Assembly (NCBI RefSeq): GCF_020745735.1
Contig: NC_083425.1
Location: 35,451,575-35,515,574 of the forward strand
Length of the DNA: 64,000 nt
Direction of reading: 5' to 3'
DNA from: Hemiscyllium ocellatum
Lineage: Eukaryota
Shown: positions 36,046-48,616 of the stretch, one piece after another
How positions within the stretch are numbered: the first letter of the stretch is position 1
Layout: every line of letters starts with the position of its first letter
Notes under the pieces: model-generated
What the model was told of the DNA's origin: nothing
Databases searched by the model: none
Seen by the model: the letters and a program-made list of their open reading frames with translations, nothing else
Made by a program: the position numbers and the translations under genes

Positions 36046-38030
36046 AGCACAATGAAGAACCCACTACAAAATCCCATGCAAGGACTGCACAAAACACTAC
36101 ATAGGACAAACAGGAAGACAGCTAACAACCCGCATCCACGAACACCAACTAGCCACGAAACGACACGACCAGCTGTCCTTAGTAGCCACACACACAGATG
36201 ACAAACAACATGAATTCGACTGGGACAACACTACTATTATAGGGCAAGCCAAACAGAGAACAGCCAGGGAATTCCTAGAGGCATGGCACTCATCCACTGA
36301 GGTTTGCTCGCTGAGCTGGAAGGTTCATTTTCAGACGTTTTGTCACCATACTAGGTAGCATCTTCAGTGAGCCTCTGGTTATCCGTCTACCACAAACCCA
36401 CAAATAACCTCACGATGCTACACTTCTCCAGCTTCCCCTCTAAACATATTAAATCTGTGATTCCCCTATGGACAAGCCCTACGCATACACAGTATGAGGA
36501 GGAACGTGATTGGCACCTGTAAGTATTCAAGCCCTCGTACGAATGGGGTACGATGCTCAACTCATCGACCACCAGTTCTGATGTGCAACAGCGGGAACCT
36601 GTAATGACCTCCTCAAGAGACAGACACGAGCTGCAACCAACAGGGTGCCCTTCGTTGTCCAGTACTTCCCAGGAGCTAAGAAACTACACCATGTTCTTCG
36701 CCTCCTGCAACACATTATCAATGAGGATGAGCACCTTGCCAAGACCCTCTCCACACCTTCACTGCTCGCCTTTATACAACCACCAAACCTCAAACAGATT
36801 ATTGTTTGTTGCAAACCGCCCAGCCTTCAGGACAACACATACAACCTTGTCGCGGTAGATGCTGCAAGACTTGTAAGAGTTTCAATACGTGTGGGGACAC
36901 CTCCCACCAAGTGGTGGACAGCGAAGGAGGATGTGGCAGGTTACAGCGGGATATAGATAAGTTGCAGAGCTGGGCAGAAAGGTGGCAAATGGAGTTCAAT
37001 GTAGCTAAGTGTGAAGTCATTCACTTTGGTAGGAGTAACAAGAAGATGGATTACTGGGCTAATGGTAGGCTACTTGGTAGTGTGGATGAGCAGAGGGATC
37101 TTGGTGTCCATGTACACAGATCTCTGAAAGTTGCCACCCAGGTAAGTAGTGCTGAGAAGAAGGCATATGGCGTACTGGGCTTTATTGGTAGAGGAATTGA
37201 GTTCCGGAGTCCTGAGGTCATGTTGCAGTTGTATAAGACTCTGGTGCGGCCGCATCTGGAGTATTGTGTGCAGTTTTGGTCGCCATACTATAGGAAGGAT
37301 GTGGAGGCACTGGAACGGGTGCAGAGAAGGTTTACCAGGATGTTGCCTGGCATGGTAGGAAGATCATATGAGGAAAGGCTGAGGCACTTGGGGCTGTTCT
37401 CATTGGAGAAAAGAAGGTTTAGGGGAGATTTGATAGAGGTATACAAGATGATTAGGGGTTTAGATAGGGTTGACAGTGAGAACCTTTTTCCGTGTATGGA
37501 GTCAGCTGTTACTAGGGGACACAGCTTTAAATTAAGGGGGGGGTTGGTATAGGACAGATGTTAGGGGTAGATTCTTTACTCAGCGGGTTGTGAGTTCATG
37601 GAATGCCCTGCCAGTATCAGTGGTGGACTCTCCCTCTTTATGGTCATTCAAGCGGGCATTGGATAAGCATATGGAGTTATTGGGCTAGCGTAGGTTAGGT
37701 AGGCTTCGGTCGGCGCAACATCGAGGGCCGAAGGGCCTGTACTGCGCTGTATTTTTCTATGTTCTATGTTCTATGATTCTATCAATAAACACATCAACCT
37801 GGACCCAATATACCAGCCACTAAAGCGGACAGCAACTGACAACCGGAAGCGGCAGAGACAAGCCACTATAAATGCCGGAGGAAACATCACAGAAGCGCTT
37901 CACAGGAGGCTCCCAAGCACTGAGGATGTCACCTAGAAAGGGGACGAAACGTTTGCAACAAAAAGTCCCAGCTTGGCGTACAGAACCATAACAACGAGCA
38001 CCCAAGCTACAAATCTCCCAAACTTTGAAC
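36046..38030 (+). mobile_element. Nested cluster: Poseidon PLE 3' part (36046-36297 and 37781-38030) split by Neptune PLE pieces (36298-36900) and a CR1 (36905-37780)
   Basis: YKIPCKDCTKHYIGQT GIY-YIG, resuming as INKHI.LDPIY after the inserts; Neptune PFVVQYFPG and CRGRCCKTC; CR1 WQMEFN, RPHLEYC, (TTCTATG)n tail. Confidence 0.82.
37917..37956 (+). ncRNA. Minimal type I hammerhead ribozyme motif (PLE pLTR)
   Basis: GCA-CTGAGGA-TGTCACC TAGAAA GGGGAC-GAAA-CGTT-TGC with intact core. Confidence 0.75.
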
Positions 38031-38159
38031 CCACTTTCTCAACTTTACCCTTTGGGTGAGGCGTGGTTACCATCAGGCTAAACTCACCAGTCATCTCTTT
38101 GTTATGAGAGAGCAGCCCTATGGTCTTCTGGGACTATGTAACTTTACCTTATCCGGCAC

Positions 38160-38590
38160 AGAGGAATTTTCTTGTGAGGAGAGGTTGAGCAGATCAGGCC
38201 TGTAACTCATTGAAATTTAGAAGAATGAGAGTTGACCTTATTGAAACATACAAGATTCTTGGGGTTTTTGGCAAGGTAAATATAGAAAGGTTGTTATACC
38301 TCGTTGAAGAGTCAAGGACCAAAGGACAGAATCTAACGATAAGGGCTCACACTTTGAAAGAGATGCATAAGAATTTCTTAGAGGGTAAGAGTCCATGGCA
38401 TTGTGTATCACAGAGGGCTGTCAAAGCTAGATTGTTAAGTATATTCAAGGCTGAAACAGAAATTTTTAATCAAGGGTCATAGGGCAAAGGCAGGAAAGTT
38501 GAGTTGAGATTATCAGATCAGCTGTGATCTCATTGAATAGTGGGGTAAACCAATTGGTTTGAATGGCCTGCTTCTGCTCCTCTGCCTTCT
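38160..38590 (+). mobile_element. Old CR1 3' fragment
   Basis: KFRRMRVDLIETYKIL...SRTKG. Confidence 0.75.
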
Positions 38591-39023
38591 GCAGAGATGT
38601 CAGGGTGTTACCACAGCTAGAATGAGAACCTATATGATTTCAATATCAAAACTGTAAACTTCAAGTTTGTTTTATTCTGAGACTAAACCAACCAGGCCAA
38701 CTCAAATGCAAAATGAATACCACAAAATAACTCCTCAGAGCACCAGTGTATTTCTTTCTACAGGTTTTCAATGTATGTCTCAGTTCACTGAGCATCAGTT
38801 CAGTAACCCTATATACATATAGTGCCTTGAGGAATCAGTGAAGTATTGCAGTGCACCCATTTATCATCACTTGTAATTTTTTGAGGCAGTATTGCCTTGG
38901 GGTACCAGTAGAGTGCCTCATACTGTAAGTATAATGTCTTGGGTTTCAACGTGATGTCTTGAGATGTCATTGTGTTTCCCCTATTTGGCATCAGGAAATG
39001 GAAGTCACTCTTTGATAACGTAC

Positions 39024-39057
39024 ATTTTCAAGGCTTCTCATTGCTTTTTGAGCCTCT
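39024..39057 (-). CDS. HEATR9-like exon ((R)EAQKAMRSLEN); read-through would stop at 38991
   Basis: cattacag acceptor; phase 2 fits the previous exon; gtacgt donor. Confidence 0.6.
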
Positions 39058-39544
39058 CTGTAATGATGGAAACAATTGATTATTTACTTATTATAAAAGA
39101 GATCATGTAATAATTTTGAATTCTAAACCAAGAATAAAGATTCTGTGGATCAAAGAAAGATCTCAGCATGAAGACCTAATTGAAACATAGTTCAGGCATT
39201 TATAGAAGTGATACCACAAATACTAGTTTTGAATTCTTAGTTAATTAAGTTCATTAGATTATAACATCATGGCACAAGTTACTCACAATCACTGTTCCCA
39301 ATCTCAGTATGACAGGACAAAAGACCACACAGAAAAACTGTTCCAATCAATGAAAGGTCACTGAGGGTCAATGTGAGATTGGGACAATTGAATGGAATGT
39401 ATATTTAAATATATTTGTTCTTGGGACATTTTTGTCAGGACCAGTTAGCCTAAGGACATTAGTCAGCCACTTAGTGTAAGAGTGGAGTCACATGTGAGCT
39501 GGATTTTCACAACAAAAGATTTACGTTTCGACACAGCCTTTCAT

Positions 39545-39860
39545 GTCTTTACAATGTTTTTAAGTGCTTCACTGCCAGTGAAATATTTTTGAAGTGTAAT
39601 GATTGAGAGATAAGTGTTAGCCAGAGGACTGGTAGAATCCCCCTGCACTCCCTCAAAATAATAGAATGGGATCTTTTCTTTGGATCCTAGAAAACAGATG
39701 GGTCCCCAGTTTAATGTTTCATCTGAATTGTAAAGTCTCCTAGAGTACATTACTCCATCAGAATTACAATGTCACCCTGGATTTTTTTTTGTTAAAATCT
39801 CTGGTGTGGTCAGATGATATAAGCTTCAGGCTCAAAGAAAGAATGTTACCAACTGATCCT
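39545..39860 (-). mobile_element. DeuSINE remnant
   Basis: ATGGGATCTTTT...CAGTTTAATGTTTCATCTGAA Deu-like block, homologous to 63520-63852. Confidence 0.6.
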
Positions 39861-40044
39861 CAACATCCACAAGACCTGGGGCAATTGCTAATTAATTTCC
39901 CAATGGAGCTCGCTGAGTATGAGTTCCCTTAGTAACTGAGAATGGCTTGTCCATTAGTAATTCATCAGCTGATCCCTTTATAAAGTACACCCAAGGATGG
40001 TTTTACAGAATCATCTGTCCTGAGCTGGGACTAGTCTATGTGAG

Positions 40045-42391
40045 TAGGACCCCTTCGCCCACCTCCAACACACTGCATCCACCTGGACACCCTGCACTGG
40101 CCTATTACCTGCCCTCGACCTCTTCATTTCCAACTGCCGCCGGGACATTAACCACCTCAACCTGTCTACCCCCCTCCCCCATTCTAACCTCTCACCCTCA
40201 CAATGCGCAGCCCTCCAATCCCTCTGCTCCAATCCCTCCATCCCAACCATTAAGCCAGCAGATAAAGGGGGCGCAGTGGTAGTCTGGCGCACTGACCTCT
40301 ACACAGCTGAAGCCAAACGCCAACTCGAGGACACCTCTTCCTACTGCCCCCTCGACCATGACCCCACCCCCCATCACCAAACCATCATCTCCCAGACCAT
40401 ACAGAACCTCATCACCTCAGGAGATCTCCAACCAACAGCTTCCAACCTCATAGTCCGGGAACCCCGCACTGCCCGGTTCTACCTCCTTCCCAAGGTCCAT
40501 AAGCCTGACCACCCTGGCCGACCCATTGTCTCAGGATGCTCCTGCCCCACTGAACTCATCTCTACCTGCCTCAACACTGTCCTAGTCCCCCTAAGTCCAG
40601 GAACTTCCCACATACGTTCGAGACACCCCCCCACGCCCTCCACCTCCTCCAAGACCTCCGTTTCCCTGGCCCCCAATGCCTCATCCTCACCATGGATATC
40701 CAATCCCTTAACACCTCCATCCGCCATGACCAGGGCCTCCAAGCCCTCCGTTTTTTCCTCTCCAGACGTCCCCAACAGTACCCTTCCACCGACACTCTCA
40801 TTTGTTTGGCCAAACTGGTCCTCACCCTTAACAATTTCTCCTTTGAATCCTCCCACTTCCTCCAGACCAAAGGGGTAGCCATGGGCACACGTATGGGCCC
40901 CAGCTATGCATGTCTCTTTGTTGGCTACGTAGAACAGTTGATCTTTTGTAATTACACCGGCACCACTCCCCACCTCTTCCTCCGCTACATTGATGACTGC
41001 ATTGGCGCCACCTCGTGCTCCTGCGAGGAGGTTGAGCAGTTCATCAACTTCACCAACACATTCCACCCTGACCTTAAATTTACCTGGACCATCTCTGACA
41101 CCTCCCTCCCCTTCCTGGACCTCTCCATCTCCATTAATGACGACCGACTTGACACTGACATTTTTTACAAACCCACCGACTCCCACAGCTACCTGGATTA
41201 CACCTCTTCCCACCCCACCTCTTGCAAAAATGCCACCCCGTATTCCCAATTCCTCCGCTGTATCTGCTTGCAGGAGGACCAGTTCCACCATAGAACACAC
41301 CAGACGGCCTCCTTCTTTAGAGACCGCAATTTCCCTTCCCACGTGGTTAAAGATGCCCTCCAACGCATCTCGTCCACATCTCGCACCTCCGCCCTCAGAC
41401 CCCACCCCTCCAACCGTAACAAGGACAGAACGCCCCTGCTGCTCACCTTCCACCCTACAAACCTTCGCATAAACCAAATCATCCGCCGACATTTCCGCCA
41501 CCTCCAAAACGACCCCACCACCAGGGATATATTTCCCTCCCCATCCCTTTCCGCCTTCCGCAAAGACTGTTCCCTCCGTGACTACCTGGTCAGGTTCACA
41601 CCCCCCCTAGACCCACCCTCCCATCCTGGCTCTTTCCCCTGCCACCGCAGGAACTGTAAAACCTGTGCCCATAACCTCCTCCCTCACCTCTATCCAAGGC
41701 CCTAAAGGAGCTTTCCACATCCATCAAAGTTTTACCTGCACATCCACAAAATCATTTAATTGTATCCGTTGCTCCCGATGCGGTCTCCTCTACATTGGGG
41801 AGACTGGGCGTCTCCTAGCAGAGCGCTTTAGGGAACATCTCCGAGAACCCGCACCAATCAATCACACCGCCCTGTGGCCCAACATTTCAACTCCCCCTCC
41901 CACTCTGCGAGGACATGGAGGTCGTGGGCCTCCTTCACCACCAGACGCCTGGAGGAAGAACACTTCATCTTCCATCTCGGAACACTTCAACCCCAGGGCA
42001 TCAATGTGGACTTCAACAGTTTCCTTATTTCCCCTTCCCCCACCTCACCCTAGTTTCAAACTTCCAGCTCAGCACTGTCCCCAAGACTTGTCCGGACTTG
42101 TCCGACCTGCCTAGCTCCTTTTCCACCTATCCACTCCGCCCTCTCCTCCCTAACCTATCACCTTTATCCCCTCCCCCACTCACCCATTGTACTCTATGCT
42201 ACTCTCTCCCACCCCCACCCTCCCCTAGCTTATCTCTCCACGCTTAAGGCTCACTGCCTTTATTCCTGATGAAGGGCTTTTGCCCAAAACGTCGATTTCG
42301 CTGCTGGTTGGATGCTGCCTGAACTGCTGTGCTCTTCCAGCACCACTGATCCAGAATCTGGTTTCCAGCATCTGCAGTCATTGCTTTTACC
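40045..42391 (+). mobile_element. Neptune-type Penelope-like element, 5'-truncated and frameshifted
   Basis: FYLLPKVHK..GRPIVS, GVAMGTRMGP, RYIDD, FYKPTD, Cys linker PCHRRNCKTC, GIY-YIG CSRCGLLYIGETGR; pLTR with hammerhead motif at 42266-42293. Confidence 0.92.
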
Positions 42392-42740
42392 ATCATGAGT
42401 AGTGGCTCTATTTCAGTGTTAAACAATTACCAATGTTCCTTTCCAGTCAGGTTTCCTGAGTTATCAGAGATGCTAATCTTTCTGTGATCATTTTATAGTG
42501 TCAGCCTAAAAACTTACAGAATTCACATTCAAATATTTCCTCCATGGAACTGGAACTCATTATCTTGATCTTGGGATTGTGCTATAAAATCCAGGTGACT
42601 GTACCCAATGTCAGAAAATTAATATGCTTCATCTTCTGAGAAGTGAGTCCAGGATCTTGCTTTCTTCATTTAGTGACTGAGGTAGACAGAACTACGTCCT
42701 TCTCCTTATATGATCATTTAGCTTTATTCTTTTACAGTAC

Positions 42741-42832
42741 CTGGCTAATGGTCCCTCTCCAAGCTGCCGATTCAACAGGCTGCGCTTTACGCGTGGATCA
42801 TTCAGACGCAATTGAGCAAAGGTCCTTATTAT
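42741..42832 (-). CDS. HEATR9: HEATR9-like exon
   Basis: IIRTFAQLRLNDPRVKRSLLNRQLGEGPLA(R); tttcttgcag acceptor, gtactg donor; phase consistent. Confidence 0.72.
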
Positions 42833-44815
42833 CTGCAAGAAATAGGAGACGATGTGAAATTCAGACATGGTGGATTGCAAACCGCTGCAGTAGAACAGGG
42901 CAGATAATACATGTAGAATTGAAACAAGAAAAAGTTAAAGTGCCCAACTGCAAGACAGTTTTTGTTGCTTCCTTAGTCCTTATTCAAATGAGGAGTGTTG
43001 GAGCCAGAAGACTGAGCACAAGAAAGTTATAGGTAGGGTTCTAATCAGAGTAAAAGTCCCTCTATGTTATCTCATCAACAAATTGTTGGGCAGGTAGGAG
43101 TGAGTTCGACAGCGAGTAGAGGTCCCTCTATACTAACCAATCTCATATAGCTCTACTAAGTGCATCAGGTGGATGTTTTGCATTTTCTGTACAAACCATC
43201 TTATGATCTTGTGAATGAGATTCTGTGAATTAGAAGTTTACCACTATCCTCTATGCTTTTTGATAAGTGTTCAAAGTCAACTCCCCTGACACTTAATCAG
43301 CCAACTCCCTCTCTTCTGACTCAGCTAACTTCCCCCTCACTCAGCTCAGCCAGCTGCCTCTCCTCATCCAAGTTAACTTTCCCCATCCCTCATTATTTCT
43401 TATGATCTTTTGATAATTCCAACTTGGATGACATCACATTCCACTTTCTGATGGTCTGAAAAGCTCATGATTTGCTGCTGACAATCCATTCTGTCATATG
43501 GTCTCTGATCGAAATATTATTTACTCTAAGTTTTTCATGTGACACCTTATTGAAGATTGTCTCAAGCCAGATATTCATTTAATTGAACCATCATATCTTT
43601 CGAGTAATACTTCAGATAATTTAATAACATTGCTTAAACATAATCTAAATAATTTATTCCTTTAAGAAATCAATAACATTAAAAAATATATATTTTGTCT
43701 TTGGATGTTTCTCATTTTAAAAAATTTGTTCATGGGATGTGGGCATCACTAGCCATGCCGTGATTCATTGCCCCCATCTGTAATTGCTCCTTGATCTGAA
43801 TGGCTTGCTAGGAACCTTTCAGAAGACAGTTAGGAGCCAATCACATTGCCATGGGTCTGGAGTCACATGCAAGGATCAGATAAGGATGACAAATTTCCTT
43901 TCCTAAAGGACATCAGTGAATCAGACAGATTTATTTTACAACAATGGGCAATGATTATAAGGTTGCCATTGCGTTAGTTTTTAATTCTAGATTTCTATTG
44001 AATTAAAATTTCGCCATCTGCTGTGGTGAGAGATTGCAAAACTACATCCCCAGAGCATTAGCCTGGGGTCTGAATTACTAGTCCGGTAACCTTACTGAGG
44101 CCACTACTTTTCCCTTTGGCAAATATTCATGTGTTTCCTAAAGCTGATAAACTGACAAGCTGGTTCTTCATTCGATTTCTCGGTTTCCTCATTAGAAGAT
44201 AGGAATCATTTTTGATGTCCGCCTGTTCTCTGGGACTATTCATTCTGCTATTGAATTGTTACGTATGGGTACTGTTACTTCTACTATCTGTTCCCAAGTT
44301 TGAAAACCTACAGGACAATCCATCTGGACCCAGGGTCTTGTCTTTTTTGTTTGGCAAAAACTTCCATCTTATTCTAATAACCACCGCATTATAGTCTCAA
44401 TTTATTTCTCTTTGTTATTGTCTGTTAGTCTCCTGTGAGACATAACATCTTCAGTAAGATCACCATTTTAGCATTTGTCCCCTGTCAATTTGTATTTCTC
44501 ACCCCTTGGAAGTCTCATCCCTATCTCAAATCTTTTTTGAATACATAGTGCCTATTGAGTAATGTAGTTTTTGTTTCCTTAGTAATTTCATTACGGAAGT
44601 TTTCTTTTCCATCATAATTACTGAGTTGGAAGGCTCATTTATAGCTGATATTATCAGCTAAGACATACTGAGTCCTGACATACTGCCTGTGCTGCCATTT
44701 TCTCTCCTACAAGATCATACTCAGGTACAACAGGCCCTGTTATCCTTATTGTAATCCAGCCTTAACACAGTGAGTTTTGTGACAGGGCCATTAGGGCTCA
44801 GGCTAAAGAACTAAC

Positions 44816-44902
44816 CTGGAATCGCACATACTGACTTAAGTCTATTTCCACCATGTCTAGCAGCAACTGGAGCACTCTGTTATGAGGTAATCCAAGTACA
44901 CC
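44816..44902 (-). CDS. HEATR9: HEATR9-like exon
   Basis: GVLGLPHNRVLQLLLDMVEIDLSQYVRFQ versus human GVLGIRSPQVFHLLLDLLD; AG/GT boundaries. Confidence 0.85.
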
Positions 44903-45019
44903 CTGTAAGCAAAAGGTGTCAGAAATGACAATTTAATTTCCTTCTGATAAACCAGTTAGTTAATAAGAAAATAATTGATGTAATTAAAATTAAACAATGA
45001 GCTAAACAAATAAATAAAT

Positions 45020-46640
45020 TTGGTCAGAAATCATGTGTGATTTGCTATCACTGTAACAGGTTGAAGTTTGTAAATAGAATTGTGACTCCAGACAACTCTA
45101 CTTGCAGTAAATATACTCACTTCAAGAAGTTTTAACTGGATTCTGTGTTATAGCTACTGTAGGCATTTGGGAAAAGAATAGTTATCTGGGCACTTTGTTC
45201 AAGGAGACAGTCACACCATTTAAGTTAGTAGAATTTTAGAGTCAATCAATGATAGTGATAGGAGGCCATTAGTCAGGCAGATACCCTGAATGTAGTGATG
45301 GAGGAACCTCAATCCTCGACTCACCAACAGGTACAAAGTGCTGACTATCTATGTGAATGAGACCAGGAGTGCAGGTTCAATAGGCAAACTAATCTTTCGT
45401 GAAAACATTCATGTGAGTGGAGTGAAGAGGAATGTTGTGATAAGGAACAATATAGTCTAGAGAAAGACACTGCTCTCGACAGACACATCTGGGAGGTTTG
45501 AAGTTTGTACTGCCAGGGACACCTCTCACACTTAGAGATGAGCCAAGAGAGGGAAGAGGAGGAGCCAGGGTCATTGTTCATGTAGGTGATAAGTTGGAAA
45601 TAGATATAGTGACCATATAGAAAATGGAGCTCAGAAATGTTAACTAAAATGGCCCCGGCATATTGGCTGTATTTCCCGGCATCCTAAGCGACAGGCTAAG
45701 CGAAACTAATTGCTAACATAGCAATTTGTAAGAAGCCAGCCTAGCTGTATAAACAATCATCCCCACAGGTCCGAGGATGATATAGTACATAACACCAGAT
45801 CAAAGGGCAACCATCAGAGGAATACTGGTGCCTCATTGTTTTAGAGCTGTACTAATGAATACATGTTTAGTTTAGAGCAACTTTGATATCTGAATGTTGC
45901 CTTGAAAAGCAGAGTAAGAATAATGAGGGCTATGTCAGACTTTAGAGATAGCGTTAAGAGCTTAACCAGATGGCTGTTGGTATGTGTGTGTTAGGATTAG
46001 AGCACTTTTGATGTGTAAGCTTCCAATAAAGTATGCTTTGTTTAATTTTACACTGTGCGATAGCTTAATGCTACGGGACTCTGTATTGCGTGCAAAGTTA
46101 TGTATAAATGTAACAACTTTCCCTATCAACGGTGAGAGAATCCACTCTTTAGTACCCGACGTGGTCTAAGGTGGCTTTTCTCCCAAGCCTTGTTTGTATA
46201 TTCGTATACTGACAGTCTTGAATAAAAACAGTGCTGTTGAAAGGTATTAATCAAGCGGTGGTTCTCTGTTCTTGGACAGGCGTTCACAGGAGCTCAAGGC
46301 TGAGCTTCCACATAGGAACCAAGAACAAAGGTAGATTTTGTAGATCCATTGGAGGAGTTTCACACATAGTGATCTAAATTAAAAAACAAAACCCCAAAAC
46401 TAATCAGATCTGTATTGTTACCCAAGTCAGAAGCCAATTGATAACAGGATAAATCAATTTGAATGTAAAATGCTGGTTAAAGGAGTGGCGTGGGAAGCAG
46501 GAGAATCATTTCATAGACCATTAGAACACTACTATGGAAAGACTGAACTGCTTTGTTGGTCTCCAGTTAAACAGGCTTTGCCCAGTGACTGAGTGAAGTA
46601 AATAACTGAATTAGTAGACAGGGCTGTAAACCAACAAAGT
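45020..46640 (+). mobile_element. Decayed CR1 ORF1 (esterase) region split by a solo LTR
   Basis: VCTARD, EPGVIVHVG|TK resembles the VVVHIGTND SGNH-esterase motif. Confidence 0.55.
45587..46312 (+). mobile_element. Solo LTR (726 bp)
   Basis: TG...CA termini; 4-bp TSD TAGG (45583-45586 and 46313-46316); AATAAA at about 46025 and 46221. Confidence 0.78.
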
Positions 46641-48616
46641 TCGATGAGTGGGTTCAAGTGAAAGGTAAATTCAAAAACAAGAACAGCTAGCCCTCAAAGT
46701 CACTGTACAAAATAGTTTCTTCACTTAAGTAGGGTGGTCACAACAGCCTTTATCATGAGTGGCAGCTCATACGACATAGGTATGGGTGCAGAGTGGTGTC
46801 AGAGCTCCGAACGCAACTTTAAATCACCTCTTGTACATCATAGTCAGCTGAAGATTTAAGAATCCAACAAAAGAAACTCTTGTGGCAATCCTCAACAAGG
46901 AAGAGTATTTCAGAGAATGGTAAAAGCATTTCAGAGACACAATTTTCAGTGTCAGAGAGACACATTGCAGCAGAAGAGTTAGCAGCTACACATGAAAGGA
47001 GAATTAGTAACTCTAGCAGATACAGGCTGCAGCACGAGCATGTGGTCTGTGGAAGTAGTGCCAAGGCAGAGTTCAGCAGAAAGCAATGAGTTCACCAAAG
47101 GTTCTGTGAGTAAAATTTCAAATTCATAGGCCATGGGACTATTTAAAAAGGCAGAATAACAGATATTTAAAAAATTAAAAATTACTTACAGCTCAGATTG
47201 AGCTTCACCACCATTGCAAGCAAGCACCACCAAGCCCAGGGTACAGCCCAGGGTACATAAATACACGTAAAAAGCCATAAAAAAAATTAATCCAAGGTCA
47301 CAGATACAGGACATAATTTAAGCAATAATGTTGAGAAAATTAAAAGCCCAAGTAGATCTGATCTAACCAGGAAAGAAAGGTGGAAAACTTTATTCAGGAC
47401 ACAGAGAAAGTGAGAAAACCTTTAATAGAACTGCAATAAAGACAGGAATTGCTTATTGAAACTACGAGGAGTAGGACGCATTCTGTAAATCATGCCTAAA
47501 GGGGGAATTATTTGTTAAACTGTAAAGAGCGGGATACACAAATCAAAGCCATGGAAAGGCATGATTCATCCCTTTTACCCATGAACGGTGGGATTCCTCG
47601 ATTTCAGCCATGAAAACATATGAACCCTCCACTTCAGCTACAAAAATTGGGGAAATCCTTCTGCCCAGCAAAAAACAGCAGAACTACTAATACCACAAAA
47701 TAAAAATTATTAAGCAAATAAAATATATGATTTCATTAATAAACATGAAGTCAGAAATAATATTGCCAGGAAGATTTTATTTCAGAGGTCAGCCGAATAG
47801 AACACCTAATTCAATGTTTGGAGAAAAAGATTTTGGAGATGTAAAGTGACTGCCAAATTTTCTGCTGAATCAGAAGCTGAACAATTAAGTTATACACAAT
47901 CCTTGTACACAACTGGGAGTACAGTTGGTCATGTTATAGCTGGTAATTGCTCAACTAGTAAAATCCTTGAAAAAGTTCAGCATCTGGGGAATCCATTGAT
48001 GATTTCACTAATGATCTCTATAGATTAGTGGAGAAATGCAACTATGGTGATTTCAGAATTCATAAGAGAAAGATTTCTTTTGTAAATGCTGTTCAGTCTT
48101 TGATAGGTTCATTACAATCCAGAGAAGACCTGAGTCTAGAGAAAAACTTGCAGGTGATGAGTGAAGTTGAAGTCCAAAAGCAACATAGCTCAATCCTAAA
48201 ACAGACCATCAGACATCAAAGATCAACAAATTCTATCAACCCCTAATTAACAAATTTACAAGCAGAACATGTGAGAAAACAGTGCGGTGATTAAGGTAGA
48301 CAGCAGAAATTGGAAATACAGAGTCTACATGAAATAATTCAAATGCATGATATCCATGAAGTAGTTTTTTAGACAATGGAAAACAGTTCCCTAATGCGTG
48401 CTTCAGCAAATTCGCAGCTAGCTCTGGATTTGAACCTGCCACAAGCTTGCTGACATCCCCCCAATCAAATGGAAACATTGAGCGTGCTTTCAGGACAGAT
48501 AAAATACTCTTGAAGAAGAATACTGACCTCTACATAGTGCTGCTAAATTATAGATTCACTGTACTTCAATCTCCCAAAAACATACCTCCCAATCCTATCA
48601 AAGACTTCACATTTAT

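Noticed and set aside
38809-38991. ORF as the HEATR9-like terminal exon
   Set aside because: It is out of frame with the 39057 acceptor; that frame stops at 38991-38993
40479-41507. 342-aa minus-strand ORF
   Set aside because: It is the antisense shadow of the C-rich Neptune RT, with a G/V/E-biased composition and no recognisable domain
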